The position numbers were made by a program, and so were the translations under genes. Below, piece after piece: positions 49,890-63,552 of a stretch of 64,000 nt of DNA (position 1 is the first letter of the stretch; each line of letters opens with the position of its first letter). This DNA comes from Octopus sinensis (taxonomy: Eukaryota). The notes below the pieces were generated by a model that saw nothing but the letters and a program-made list of their open reading frames with translations, was not told where the DNA came from and ran no database searches. The stretch lies in NCBI RefSeq assembly GCF_006345805.1, contig NC_042998.1, positions 50,964,001 to 51,028,000 of the forward strand, written 5' to 3'.

Positions 49890-50265
49890 ATATAAACGGC
49901 AGTTTGTCTGTGCGTGTTTCTGTGTGTCTGTTTGCTTGTACCCTCACCCTGACCATGGCTTTCAACCAATTCTGATGAAACTTGACACACACATAGCCTA
50001 ATGTCATAATTCAAAACTAACGCAGCGAAAATTTTGAAAAGTTCCCCCAGTTCTGAAAAAAATCGATAAATTCGACATGGGGTCGAGAATCAGGAACACA
50101 AACCACAAACTGTGTAGGGGACGCAACTCCACCTTTTTTAACTATCAAAAAAAAATTTACCATCATTGTTTTCCATTTTTTTGCTATTTTTTGGCTATAA
50201 CTCTCTAAAAATGCTTTATAGTTATTTCCCTTACAAACCTGAGCAACGCCGGGCGATACTGCTAG
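49887..50265 (+). mobile_element. non-autonomous Helitron, second subfamily G2
   Basis: A|TCTATATAAACGG...GAGCAACGCCGGGCGATACTGCTAG|T; same 3' hairpin and terminus, different body. Confidence 0.75.
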
Positions 50266-50299
<34 letters not shown>

Positions 50300-50365
50300 C
50301 ACACACACACACACACACATATACATACATACATACATACATACATACATACATACATACATACA

Positions 50366-50415
<50 letters not shown>

Positions 50416-50520
50416 ACACACACACATAAACATAAATACCATAAGTACATACGCACAAAAATTCCAATTCTAAAGGGTCAAAAAGAAAACAAACCCGAAC
50501 AACTCCAGGCTATACTGCTA

Positions 50521-50601
<81 letters not shown>

Positions 50602-50631
50602 CATACATACATACATACATACATACATACA

Positions 50632-50667
<36 letters not shown>

Positions 50668-51685
50668 ACACACACACATAAACATAAATACCATAAGTAC
50701 ATACATATGCACATACATGACTACATAAAAAATATTAACACAACTTGAAGTTGTTTTACAGTTGCTAATATTTACCAAGAAGTAGCAAGTATTTGAAAGA
50801 TTATTGCAAGTCCATACATGCTGTTTATACACTCAGGTATGTAAAGCCTCTATTGCTGATTGGCAATTTAATTTCCCAAACCAGTACTAATACACCTGGA
50901 TTAATAATGAAGGACCAACAGCAGCGCTAGATCAAAATGTTTGTGACAGCAGCTTGTCAGAATCCTACTTAGTCTACAGATATATTACTTCAACTACCTT
51001 CATGTGCTTATTCTTTTTATCAGATTTTCTTTGACTCCTGTTTGATTTTTTTTGCATTCTCTATTGCTCTTTTCAGCCATCTCTTTTAGATTTTCTTTGA
51101 AATTTATGCTGTGAAGTAAGACTTGGAACAAATTATCTACTAGTAATCTTAATGTTATGTCGCTATGGTAGCAAACTTCAAAGGTGTATTGCATATATGA
51201 GGATTAATAACACTTTAATCAATAATCTAATGAAAGAAAGAACAAATATTTACAGTATAATCAATGACAAACAGCTTACAGGTGGGGAATATCTGATCAC
51301 AGGTCTTATGCCACAGTCAGGGTTTAATATATTTAATGCATCTGGAATTAAAAACTTACCTGGTAATAATTACATGGTAAAGAAATATAAACAATATTAG
51401 TTCAGGAACTAATATCATACCCCAGCAATTATGGGAGACAACTCTGAACATGTTTCAGCCTTATTATGACTTAAATGGCAAAGCATAACATTCTTTACTT
51501 ATTGAAGTTGTGATAGGGGAATCACAAAGTAAATGTACAAGAATGTACATAAATTGATGAAGAAAATAGAAATGTGCAGAGAATAAATTACTATGATACC
51601 ACCTACATTGAAAAACAATAGTTAAGCTAGTGTTGTCATATTTAAAGGAAGAAGTGTTACAAAGCTAACTAAAAATAGTTATAGG

Positions 51686-52085
51686 TATAGGTGTGGCTCT
51701 GTGATAAGAAGCTTGCTTCCCAATAATATGGTTCCAGGTTCAGTTCCACTGCATGACACTTTGGGTAAGTGTCTTCTGCTATAGTGTTGGGCTGACTAAA
51801 GCCTCATGAGTGGATTTGGTAGATGGAAACTGAAAAGAATCCCATTGTATATATATGCATATATCTATGTGTGTGTATTTATGCCTGTGTTTGTCCCCCT
51901 TGACAACTGCTATTGGTGTGTTTACATCCCTGTAACTTAGCAGTTCAGCAAAAAGAGACTGATAGAGTAAGTTCCAGGATTAGAAAAAAAACTGTCCTGA
52001 GGTCAATTTTTTCAACTAAAACTCAAGGTTGTGCTCTAGCATGGCAACGATCAAATGACTGAAACAAATAAAAGATAAAAGATTA
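51686..52085 (+). mobile_element. SINE family A
   Basis: GGTATAGGTGTGGCTCTGTGATAAGAAGCTTGC...GAAACAAATAAAAGATAAAAG. Confidence 0.8.
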
Positions 52086-52540
52086 TTTCAGATATTACTT
52101 TGTGGTCTTTGCTAATATGAAGCAGTCCAGTGTCAGTAGAGTATCAGACCATTAATCCTTTCGATACCAATCCATCAGAGACTACCCCTCATTCTATGAT
52201 TTAATTCCATACTAAGGTAACTTAAATTATACCCCTTCTGTCAAAACTCTGTATTAATTTATATTCCAAACATCACTCTATAATGGCTGTGTTATTTTAC
52301 CAAATTCTTAATTATTCTTAAAATTTACTTAAACAAAATCATGTATTTCGACTGAAATTATTAACATTGTATATTCAGTTGAAAATTTCAGTTGGTATAA
52401 TTTCACATATTGGCACAAAGCTGACAGTTTTGAGAGGAGGGGGAAAGTCATTTACATTGAACCCAGTACTCAACTGGTACTTATTTTATCAACATTGAAA
52501 GGATGAAAGGCATAGTTGACCTCAATGGAATTTGAAGTCG

Positions 52541-52988
52541 GGCATGGATACATTGAAATTCCGACATCTGGCAGCTGACTTGGCAGACTCCCATAAAATT
52601 ATTAACCATCTTACAAACAATAACTCTGAGCACCTTTTCAAACTCCACTTGTCTAACACCCGTGGACATGTTTACAAAGTCAGAAAACAGCACAGCTCCC
52701 ATGACTTTCAGAAACATTTTTTCACACTAAGAGTTGCTGAAGTATGGAACAAACTACCAGCATCAATTAGTTGTCGGAGCACTGCATCCTTCGAAACTTC
52801 CATGCTTCCTGAGATTCGCCAACACTACACCTGATTTTCTCCCCTCCATACACACGCAAGCATGTATCTGACTCATACACTGTTCACTTTCCAGACATTT
52901 GTACATTACTGCATATGCTTTATGCGCACTTTTGACAAGTTGTGGTGCACCCGAGCACGGTATACAATAATTTCATTATTATTATTAT
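52541..52988 (+). mobile_element. CR1/L2-like LINE 3' end inserted in a SINE C
   Basis: NTRGHVYKVRKQ...KHFFTLRVAEVWNKLP; (ATT)n tail; SINE C halves at ~52400-52540 and ~52990-53050. Confidence 0.75.
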
Positions 52989-53836
52989 AAAGAACCAAAA
53001 GAAATTCTGCTAAGCATCTTTCCTGACATACAAACAATTCTGTTAGCTCAACAGGCTTTCTTTCATCAACTGGAATATCAAACAATAACTACGGGCCAAG
53101 GGCTCAAGATTTAAACTATTTAAGCTGTTGTATATTTATGACCTATAATAGGAGAAGAGTATCACATATTGATATAACTTTCCTTACCTTATGAATTCCC
53201 AACCAGCCAAAACAAAGATGCTTGGCATAACCTTTTCCTTTTGAAAAATAAATGATGAAATTCAATTTTGCATGTCACATATATTCTAAGATATTTCAAA
53301 ATATTAGAAACAGTGTCTTGCAAAATGATACACAAAGGAAATTACATTAAAACTATTAACTAATGACTAATTTTAATGTTCAATGTACGAGATAAGTTTC
53401 AAAAGTTAATTACAGAAGAAAACGACAGTTAGTTAATTAAATTTCAATACATAATGTTTTTTCCTTGTGCAACTTTCTACTTAAAAGTTACAAGAATTTT
53501 AAGCAACGTTAAAAAATTTTAATTTTTTTTTACACTTCACCCTTGAGATAGTACAAACTTTTAACTTCTGAGAGGCTTAACATTGTGTGTTAATTGCTAA
53601 TCTCATAAAGAATTCAAGACTTGAGAGTTAATGCTGCTGTAGGTTGATTTTATGACACATCAACTGGGTCGCTTAGTTGTAACCATTCTTTAAAAATTCA
53701 ATGATTAATTTAAAAGATCGCTCTCAGTTTGAAGGTACACAAAAGCAGAAACATAATTAATAATTAACCAATAAAACGTGAGAAATATTGGGTTGAGACA
53801 TACATCAATATTTATTGAAATACATAATACAGTTGA

Positions 53837-53867
<31 letters not shown>

Positions 53868-54001
53868 GGTAGTGGTGGCGGTGGTGTTTAACCTCAAATA
53901 AGTACTTAACCTTAGTTTCATGTTCAAAGATATTTCAGTCATTATCATCCTCATTTTCTTTTTCAGGCACATCTAATATGACTTTTTCTTACATATATAT
54001 A

Positions 54002-54167
54002 GGCGTAGGAGTGACTGTGTGATAAGTAGCTTGCTTACCAACCATGGTTCCGGGTCCAGTCCCACTGCATGGCACCTTGGGCAAGTGTCTTCTACTATAG
54101 CCTCAGGCCGACCAAAGCCTTGTGAGTGGATTTGGTAGATGGAAACTGAAAGAAGCCCGTCGTATAT

Positions 54168-54215
<48 letters not shown>

Positions 54216-54431
54216 ATGTTTGTGTGTCTGTGTTTGTCCCCCAACATTGCTTGACAACCGATGCTGGTGTGTTTATGTCCCCCTAATTTAGCGGTTCGCC
54301 AAGAGAGACCAATAGAATAAGTACTAGGCTTACAAAGAATAAGTCCTGGGGTCAATTTGCTCGACTAAAGACGGTGCTCCAGTAAGGCCACAGTCAAATG
54401 ACTGAAACAAGTAAAAGAGTAAAAGAGTAAA
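54002..54431 (+). mobile_element. SINE family A, full length
   Basis: GGCGTAGGAGTGACTGTGTGATAAGTAGC...GTAAAAGAGTAAAAGAG. Confidence 0.85.
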
Positions 54432-54737
54432 AAAAATAAATGACAGGATTTAATTTGAGGAAGATTTGGTCACTATATCTACCAAGTTGAGTGTCTACAT
54501 AGAAGTTCCCTTGAGTTTTTAGGTGTTTAATGTCCTCTACTATCAAAATGCTAATGTTGTCAACTCATTCAGGGTAAAATAAACACTTGTGGACTGAGGG
54601 TGTTGATGTACTCCATTTCTGAATGGAGGAGATGATGTCTCATCAGGTGGTAAAGCAGGGCCTTCTATCATGACACCAGGGGCTGCATAGGGCCATCTAC
54701 TGATGATTACAACAAAACTCTCACACAACAGCATAAG

Positions 54738-54954
54738 TATTCCTTCTTTCTCAAGCCATGCCAGGCTCATAAGGGCCGATTTCCCGGTTTCAATGGCGTA
54801 GAAATTCCCCACCTGGACAGGATGCCGGTCCGTCGCAGGATTGCTCAATGAAGTGTTTTGCTCAAGAACACAATGCATTGCCTGGTCCAGGAATCGAAAC
54901 CACAACCTTACAATCATGAGTTCAATACCCTAACTACTAAGCCAGGCATCTCCA
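54738..54954 (-). mobile_element. SINE with D-like head and F-like tail, 18 bp TSD
   Basis: CTCACACAACAGCATAAG at 54720-54737 and 54955-54972. Confidence 0.8.
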
Positions 54955-55582
54955 CTCACACAACAGCATAAGCTTTCTTGAGTAAGATGTGAGTCTGGGC
55001 CAGATATTTCTACCATCCTCAATGCTCAATTTTGCTGCATCACTCATCTTCTCTCTCAAGCCAGATGTAATGGCTTGATTTCTCAGCAGCTTCTTGCTGC
55101 CCTTTGGGATTCTACGAAGCAACTAGAAAACCTCAATTTAGAAACATTAGGCCGTATGGAGATTTAGGTTTCACATGAGCTCTGTACACCAGTTTAGAGA
55201 AACTTCACACAGACATTAAAACCAATGAAGTAGCCTCTGCAAAGTTGACACATCTGCTAGAAATAGCACCCATGTATATGTCTCAAATCATACTGCACTA
55301 CCTTAAAACAAGGTACTACACTGGATAATGAAGTTTTATTGTTTTTGTTGTGCTTTATATATATATATATATATATATATCATCATCATCATCATCATCA
55401 TCATTAAGAAACATATCTATCTTCAAGTTATTTTTAAAATTCAGTTGGTCTACATACCATATTAAGTGATATGCAAAATAACTGAAATGCTTAAGTTTTT
55501 TGTTTATAGAATTCTCTAGTTGATGACTGTATGAAAATAGTCACACATAAATACACACACACACAACAACAACAACAACCAC

Positions 55583-55616
<34 letters not shown>

Positions 55617-56147
55617 TCAGTTACTAAGGAATCACAAGTGATCGTACTCTTGTGTCCTCTACAAAATAAAAAATGGCTCCAAATTTTTTCATTCACTTCA
55701 AGTATCTATACAACACTTAATATACTTATAACAGAACTCGATGTGGATATGTGAGTTAAGCTTGCTTCTAATCCTCCAGTTATACAAATCCATAGATACA
55801 CAAGAAGAAAATGTTTGTCCTTGAAACTAGGGCATACCTTTGCTATGTACAAAGTATATCTGAACAGAGTCAACACGTCATCGTTTAATGTTTATTTTTT
55901 CTGTACATGACGTAGCTTGGACAGGCCCCACAGTGTCTCTCTTCTTATCATAATCCTGTAACATCTGACACTCAGCAACAGAGAAAACACCAATTTTATA
56001 GTTATATATGACTTTTTTTTAATGGGTTTTGCCACTGAGTGCTCTTCCTATCATCTTTATGGTGTAGCCTCATTGACACTATTATTTTTCACATATTAGC
56101 TCATATTCCATTGTCTTGTGGCACTGAACATTTTCAAATGAAATCGC

Positions 56148-56380
56148 TCTATATATATATATAAAGCTGAAATTGTCTGTGTATGGCAGGTTTGGTAGCC
56201 TTCAACTAACACAATCTCCTCCAAGACCATGCAGCGCAAGTTGATCAAAATTGAGAGTATGATAGAAAAATGTTCCCTTAAAGAGAATAACAAGCTACAT
56301 AATGCAAAATTTTTACTTTTCAAAAATTCCAATTCCAAAGGGGTGAAAGAAACTCGAGCAATGCTGGGCGATACTGCTAG
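56148..56380 (+). mobile_element. internally deleted Helitron G1
   Basis: G1 5' end joined at GAAAAATG to the G1 3' part; ends ACTGCTAG|T. Confidence 0.75.
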
Positions 56381-56744
56381 TCTTAAGATATTTTGTTGAT
56401 GTCATAAGAATTTTATACACCTTCAATAAAATGTGAAATAGCTCCTTTTTGGAACTGGATCTTGAAGCACACATAAAGTTAAAAATAATAACATGTTGGG
56501 CTGAAAAACTTTTTGGATAGAAAATACTGAAGGCTGCCCATGGGACATGAATCTGCATCCCTTGTAAACATGACATATGTTTCACAGGCAGCCTTCAACA
56601 TCTATCCAAAAGGATGGGTTGGGCTTTCACCCAGGTATTTACATGCTTTATGTCAGCTTTAAGATCCAGTTATAAAAAAAGAATTGTTAAAATATTTGTT
56701 GGAATAATTAACCTTTTCATAACCATATTTTTGTAGAAATATTC

Positions 56745-57415
56745 TTTTATTCTTTTCTTTCACCTGTTTGAGTCATTTGATTGTTGCCATGCTGGAGCAC
56801 CACTTTGAGGGGTTTTAGTCAAACAAATCAATCCCAGGACGTATTTTTTTAAGGCTAGTACTTATTCTATCAGACTCTTTTTGCTGAACCAATAAGTTAT
56901 GGGACTGTAAACACACCAACACCAGTTGTCAAGTGATGATAGAGGGACAAACAGACACAAAGACACGCACACATAGATGCATATATATATATATATATAT
57001 ATCATCATCATCATCATCATTTAGCGTCTGTTTTCCATGCTAGCATGGGTTGGACGGTTCTACTGGGGTCTGTGAAGCCAGAAGGCTTCATCAGGCCCAG
57101 TCAAATCTGGCAGTGTTTCTACGGCTGGATGCCCTTCTTAACGCCAACCACTCCGTGAGTGTAGTGGGTGCTTTTTACGTGCCACCCGCACTGGTGCCAG
57201 ACAGAGCTGGCAAACGGCCACGAACGGATGGTGCTTTTTATGTGCCACCGGCACGAGGGCCAGGCGACACGATTGGCTTCTAAATCCATTCACAAGGCTT
57301 TGGTCAGCCTGAAGCTATAGTAGAAGACACTTGCCCAAGGTGCCATGCAGTGGAACTGAATCCAGAACCATGTGATTGGGAAGCAAGCTTCTTACCTCAC
57401 AGCCACACCTGCACC
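56745..57415 (-). mobile_element. SINE family A split by an RTE 3' end (57002-57270)
   Basis: SINE A 3' half at 56745-56975, (TA)n, RTE tail (CAT)n, SINE A 5' half at 57275-57415. Confidence 0.75.
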
Positions 57416-59401
57416 TTTAAACTAACATTGAATCAATCAATTGCTTTTAAATAACGAAAAATCTACACAAAATAACTGTCATTATTAAACGGGTGTTTGG
57501 AACATAAATTAACCTGAAACTTCAGTAGAAGGCTTTAACTTAGATTACTTTAAAAACAGAGGTTGTATCATAGAACTATGGGCAACTCCAGGTGGGTTAG
57601 CATTAAAAGGATTAAAGAAGCTCAAATTCCTTTTCGTATTTGATTATCAGCTGCTATAGTCATTCTCACTTTTGTATCAGTATTAGTAGTTTTGATATTT
57701 TACAAGTAAAATAAAACTGATGTTTATCTGACCAACTAAGAAAAAGTTAATTGCCTGAAGAAACACAGTAGGATGTTTATATTAGTACCTGAACTCTTTT
57801 AGCCAAAGTTATATTATTTATTTTAATCTACAGTTTACTAGCACACAAAATCCTCCATAACTACACCATTCATAGAGTTAAGCTGGAATCCCTGTGATTA
57901 AAAGCTCTATGTATGTGTGAATGGATATATGTTTATATATGTCACCATAATCATATTATTATAATTACTTAATTGATGTCATTTATTGATGTTGCCGCTG
58001 TTGGTGTTTTTATACCTTATATTTTTAGATTGAGTTCTTATAGCTCTATTTGTATAAGGTAATGATACTCTGAAGTGAATTGAACTGAACAATAATTCAA
58101 AAATCCATTTTTTGAATTTATTTTATTTCAAGCTAATGTATAATACATGGACACTTGAGTATGAGTTAGAAAACATAAGCTTAATCTATTTCTATCTGCT
58201 GAGGAGAAATACAGAATGGGGTGAATTTGGAAACTGTAAATGCCTAGTTGTCACTAGGCAACCATTCTATTGTAGCCAGTATACCAGCAGGGTGATTATT
58301 GCTTAAGAAATGGTGAGCCAAACATGTAGCTCTACCACTCTCAAACAGAAGTTGTATCGACAACAGTTCAATGTGTAATGCAAATTAAAATCAGCAATCA
58401 ACTAACTTCCTGCAGTTACAACACAGAACAAAAATAATGTTTAAAAAAATATATATGTATAAAGAAGAATTTCATGAATGAAATAAATAGTTTATGTGTT
58501 TATAGATATAAAAAAAAAAGAAAGAAAAAGGAAAATTAAATGAAAAATAAAATAAAATTTATTATCCTCATTTGAAAAGAACTGAAATTATCTGAAACTA
58601 ATAAATTATTGATCAGCAATGTTTAGAGATTGTTATCTTGTGTAAGGATAGGACAGTGAAAAGTAGTGAAGTGAACAGATGACCAATCAGAAAATGCTGC
58701 CCTGGTTAGCTGGATGCTGATGAAATATTTCCCAACATTTATTATTAACATCACTGAGTGACATCTTATCAAATAGTGGTATATCAAAAGAACATCTTAG
58801 TATAAAGTTTTAAAGATTCTCAGTACTGTTGTAGAATTAATGTTCTGGCAGATATCCACCTCAGTGTTCTATGAATGCGGCCTCATATTCTGTAAGCCTT
58901 TATCTTGTATTTCAAAGTGTGATTTAGTCAAAGGACTCACACTCCCAGCTCAATAAAGAGCAAAACAAAGACAGAAAAAAACCCAAAAAAACAAGCCACT
59001 TTCGGTAATGTTTTGAAGCTATGTACAATTATAGGTTATGTTGCATCTTAACTTGAGACTCTTGCAGTAGTAGAAACAGAATCAATGCAAATAAGCGAAT
59101 CAATATGACACAATATACCTGATGTATTCAACTGAAATATAAGTAGTATATTGAAATACTTCCCTACCATAACAAAAGGGGATACTGTTCATATAATGAT
59201 TTTAATTGGATTAATCTATACTGTGCCTACTTGGGTGTGATAATAGAATTGGTTGGAACAAGGCCACACTCCGTGTGCAAACTCTTATTATAGAGAGAAG
59301 GGGTAGAAGGGGGAATGATCTAAGCATTTCTACCAAACAAAAATACTCTTGCTTTTTAAAGCCAGCTGTTGTCGAACCTCCATGTATATATATATATATA
59401 T

Positions 59402-59527
<126 letters not shown>

Positions 59528-59829
59528 CATACAAACACACACACATATGTATATATATATCATTATTATTATTATTAATATTATCATTGCTATCATTATT
59601 ATTAGATAATAAAGTGAATGGTTTATAACTGGTAGCTTTTGGTCACTTTCACAGTGTTCATTTTGTATATGGTAAATAAAAAACAGAAGATAGAAGATAC
59701 GAGAATTTTTATTAATCATGACAATTGTTTCGACCCATCTATCATCGCTCCTTCACGAGTGGGATACTTAACAACTGATCCAGGAGCATTCAATGGTACA
59801 GATGTGTCTCTTCAGGTGATAAATAGATA

Positions 59830-60555
59830 TAACTCATTAAAATAGCAGTTCCACAATATTCATGTAAAGAAAAGCTACTTTTAATCGGTACACCGTGAAA
59901 CTATCCTATGCTGACTCGACTAATTTAGAGCAGCATATGCATTGCATAAACAATAGTAAAGTGCAACAACAGTTCAATAACTCACCTACTGGATCTAGCA
60001 AACATATGTGTCTAAATACCAATGAAGAAGATGCATACCAAAGTGAAAAGTACCAAATACAGCCAAATTAAGATAGTACAAAAGATTATGATATAGGTGA
60101 CATGGTAACACTGTCGTAAAAGGAAGTCAGAATGGCCACATATATAAATAAATATAATAAATGCTCATGCAGAGAAAAATCAAAATGCCCATTGATGAAC
60201 CTCTGTGTAAGTACAAATCTTGTATATAAATATACCGTGCACACAAGGGAAGAGCTGAATGCTTTCATTGGGCAGACAGCTGAGTCATTTAAGAATTGTT
60301 ATCACAACCATGTTATCAGCTTCAAGAGAATCAATAAGGGAAATTCAACATCTTTGGCCAATTTTGTGTGGCGACTGAAGGAAGATAAAATTAAGTATAA
60401 CATAACTTGATCCATAGTAAACCATACAATATAATTTCCAGAAGATGCCAACTCTGTTCCAAGGAACCCCTGTCTATTCTGTGGACCAATGAGATCATCA
60501 ATAGCATTTCTGAAAGACTCTCAAGATGCCCACATGCATATAAATGTACTTTCCT
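59830..60555 (+). mobile_element. decayed Penelope-like element C-terminus with GIY-YIG endonuclease
   Basis: FNRYTVKLSY; CSCREKSKCPLMNLCVSTNLVYK...FIGQTAESFKNCYHNHVISFK...STSLANFVWRLK; then KPYN..SRRCQLC...RCPH. Confidence 0.85.
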
Positions 60556-60975
60556 ACGATGCAGTGGGAATGAATTTGAGTAACAGTTAACATAATTTAC
60601 TTTAAGGTATGGATGAGTTAAGTTTAACTTTAACCTCACCACTCTTATAAACAAAAGTAGCAATTTAACTTGTGAACATGTGTGCACCAAACCACATGTG
60701 TGCGTATGCTTACAGTTTCATGGAAGCTTGTATGAGTGAGGGTACATGTGGCATGCAGCTTGCAGTCTCTTTTGCCGAACTGCTAAGTTATAGGTACGTA
60801 AGCACACCAGCATCGGTTGTCAAGCAATGTTGGAGGGACAGACACACAAACATACACACACACATATATACGACGGGGTTCTTTCAGTTACCTTGCCTAC
60901 CTAGATGGCACGTCCCTGATACATACATATATACATACATACATACATATATATGTACAAATATGCATACATACA

Positions 60976-61038
60976 TATGAGGGTGAGTCAGAAAGTAATG
61001 CAAATAAAAATTGCATTACTTTCTAATTCATTCTCATA
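60976..61038. mobile_element. 63 bp MADE-like mariner mini-element (two TIRs plus 7 bp spacer)
   Basis: TATGAGGGTGAGTCAGAAAGTAATGCAA-ATAAAAA-TTGCATTACTTTCTAATTCATTCTCATA. Confidence 0.65.
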
Positions 61039-61044
61039 TATATT

Positions 61045-61500
61045 CTTTTATTCTTTTATTTGTTTCAGTTATTTGACTGCGGCCATGCTGGAGCACCACC
61101 ATTTAGTTGAGCAAATTGACCCCAGCACTTATTCTTTGAAAGACTAGTACTTATTCTAGCGGTCTCTTTTGCCAAAGTGATAAGTTACGGGGATGTAAAC
61201 ACACCAGCATTGGTTGTCAAGTGATGTGGGGGGACAAACACACTCACACACACACATATGTATATATATATATATATATAATATATATATAATATAATAT
61301 ATATATATATATACATACATATATGTATATGTATGTATATTCAATGGGCTTCTTTCAGTTTCTGTCTACCAAATCCACTCACAAGGCTTTGGTTGGCACG
61401 AGGCTATAGTAGAAGACACTTGCCCAAGGTGCCATGCAGTGGGACTGAACCTGGAACCATGAGGCCGGTAAGCAAGCTACTTACCACACAGCCACACCTG
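61045..61500 (-). mobile_element. SINE family A
   Basis: Reverse-complement consensus with internal (TA)n. Confidence 0.8.
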
Positions 61501-61798
61501 TATATTCCTTTCATTTTTGTGTTTGTTCTTTGATTTTTGATTTTCTCTATAAATGAAGATATTTCCTTCATTTTGCGGCAGTCCTTTACATGAAATGAGA
61601 AGATACATTGCAGAACTGCTATTTTAATGAATTATATCTATTTATCACCCAAAGAGACACATCTGAACCACTGGATACTTCTGAACCAGTTGTTAAGTAT
61701 TCTTCCTGTGAAGGATTGTTGTTAGGTGTGTCAAAATAATTGTGATTAATAAAAATTTGTCATATCTTCGACCTTCTGTCTTTCATGTCTTTCATTTA

Positions 61799-61800
<2 letters not shown>

Positions 61801-61855
<55 letters not shown>

Positions 61856-61868
61856 TTTATATAATATA

Positions 61869-61910
<42 letters not shown>
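61801..61910. repeat. (TA)n microsatellite
   Basis: Seen directly. Confidence 0.95.
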
Positions 61911-61913
<3 letters not shown>

Positions 61914-62278
61914 CGATGCTACTTTATGTTGTCTCAGTGCTGAATGAAGAAGCTAGTGTTTTGACACTTAAAAATGACAACTGATAAGATTATTGGAACA
62001 AACGAGATAGTTCTAGTAAAAAAAAAAGTATTTTAACAGTATTTTGTGGCATAGAAAATCATAAATTTATTCTGTATGAATCCTTTTTTGACCCCTAAAT
62101 ATTTATAATTGTATATAAATTCATTAGTTACTATAATTTATTAGTTTCTTTTACATATTCTTAGTTTATGCATGTGTATGCAAATATAGTATCGGTATAT
62201 CCCATTTATGTTCATTAGAAATTAAATAAATGAAGAATTTTGACATGTACGAATATTTATTCCTCCCACTGTATGTAT

Positions 62279-62281
<3 letters not shown>

Positions 62282-62318
<37 letters not shown>

Positions 62319-62620
62319 TTAGCGTCCGTTTTCCATGCTAGCATGAGTTGGACGGTTCAACTGGGGTCTGTGAAGCTGGAAGGCTTCATCAGGCCCAGTC
62401 AGATCTGGCAGTGTTTCTACGGCTGGATGCCCTTCCTAACGCCAACCACTCCGTGAGTGTAGTGGGTGCTTTTTACGTGCCACCCGCACAGGTGCCAGAC
62501 AGAGCTGGCAAACGGCCACGAACGGATGGCCCTTTTTATGTGCCACCGGCACGGGGGCCAGGCGAGGCTGGCAACGGACACGAACGGATGGTGCTTTTTA
62601 CGTGCCACCGGCATGAGGCC
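62282..62620 (-). mobile_element. RTE 3' end (family B)
   Basis: (CAT)nTTAGCGTCCGTTTTCCATG...; nearly the same as 57002-57270 and 12550-12855. Confidence 0.8.
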
Positions 62621-62801
62621 ATATATATATATATATATAATTGTGTAAATGTGTATAGAATAATCTATCAGTTGGATAAAGTTAAAACAAGGCATGAAAA
62701 CCAGACCATGTTTTAACTTTATTCAACTGACATATATATATATATTATATATATTTATATAATATAGAGAGACAGACACACACACAGAGAAGACAGAGAC
62801 C

Positions 62802-62846
<45 letters not shown>

Positions 62847-63552
62847 GACCAGCTCAGAGTGAATTATGTCTTAGCTATTGATACAGCTTAGCACTAGTGA
62901 AAGGAAAAAAAACCACCCATCAACCTTTCAGTTGATAGTACAATATATTATCAACTAAAACCATTTGTAACTGTGGGTCCTAATGGGTTGGTCAACAGTA
63001 TTTGTAGGAAACTAGAAGTTTTAGTTATTGATTAACTAAGAAAGTCTCTTTTTAGTGAAAGCTCTACTTTCATCAAGTGAAAACACGTTTAGTACAATAC
63101 TAGAAAGTCACACAATAACTAGAAAGCCATTTCTAAAAATGGGTAATTCTTAAAATATTATATATCTTGTATTAGATAATAGTCATCAGATTTTGTTCAA
63201 CCTAGGGAAAAGAATATACTGGCATAATCACTGTCGTTGACCATCATCATTGTCATCACTATCGCCCGTGTTGTTATCAATATCTTCTTTGTTGCCGGGC
63301 AAAAAGCTTAGCTGCATTTTGTCCATCTTAACATTCTGCATTAAAATTTTACCAAGATTTACTTTGCCTGTCATCCTTTCAGGGTTGATAAAATAAGTAC
63401 CAGTTGAGTACTAGGGTTGATGTAACTGACTAACTCCTCCCCAATTTTGCTGACCTTGTGCCAAAATTTGAAACGAATCTCTTCTTTCTCCTTCTCCTTC
63501 TCATCATCATCACTTAACATCTAGCTTCCATAGATTGAACGGTTCAGCAGGG

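Noticed and set aside
50990-51110. Lysine-rich minus-strand segment (MQKKSNRSQRKSDKKNKHMK, then GTAGTT) as candidate TTLL6 first exon
   Set aside because: The donor would be phase 0 whereas the 41 nt exon needs phase 2; weak donor and no homology.
54612-54650. Minus-strand CTGATGAG...GAAA
   Set aside because: Stem II is not closed by G-C and there is no stem III or cleavage triplet.
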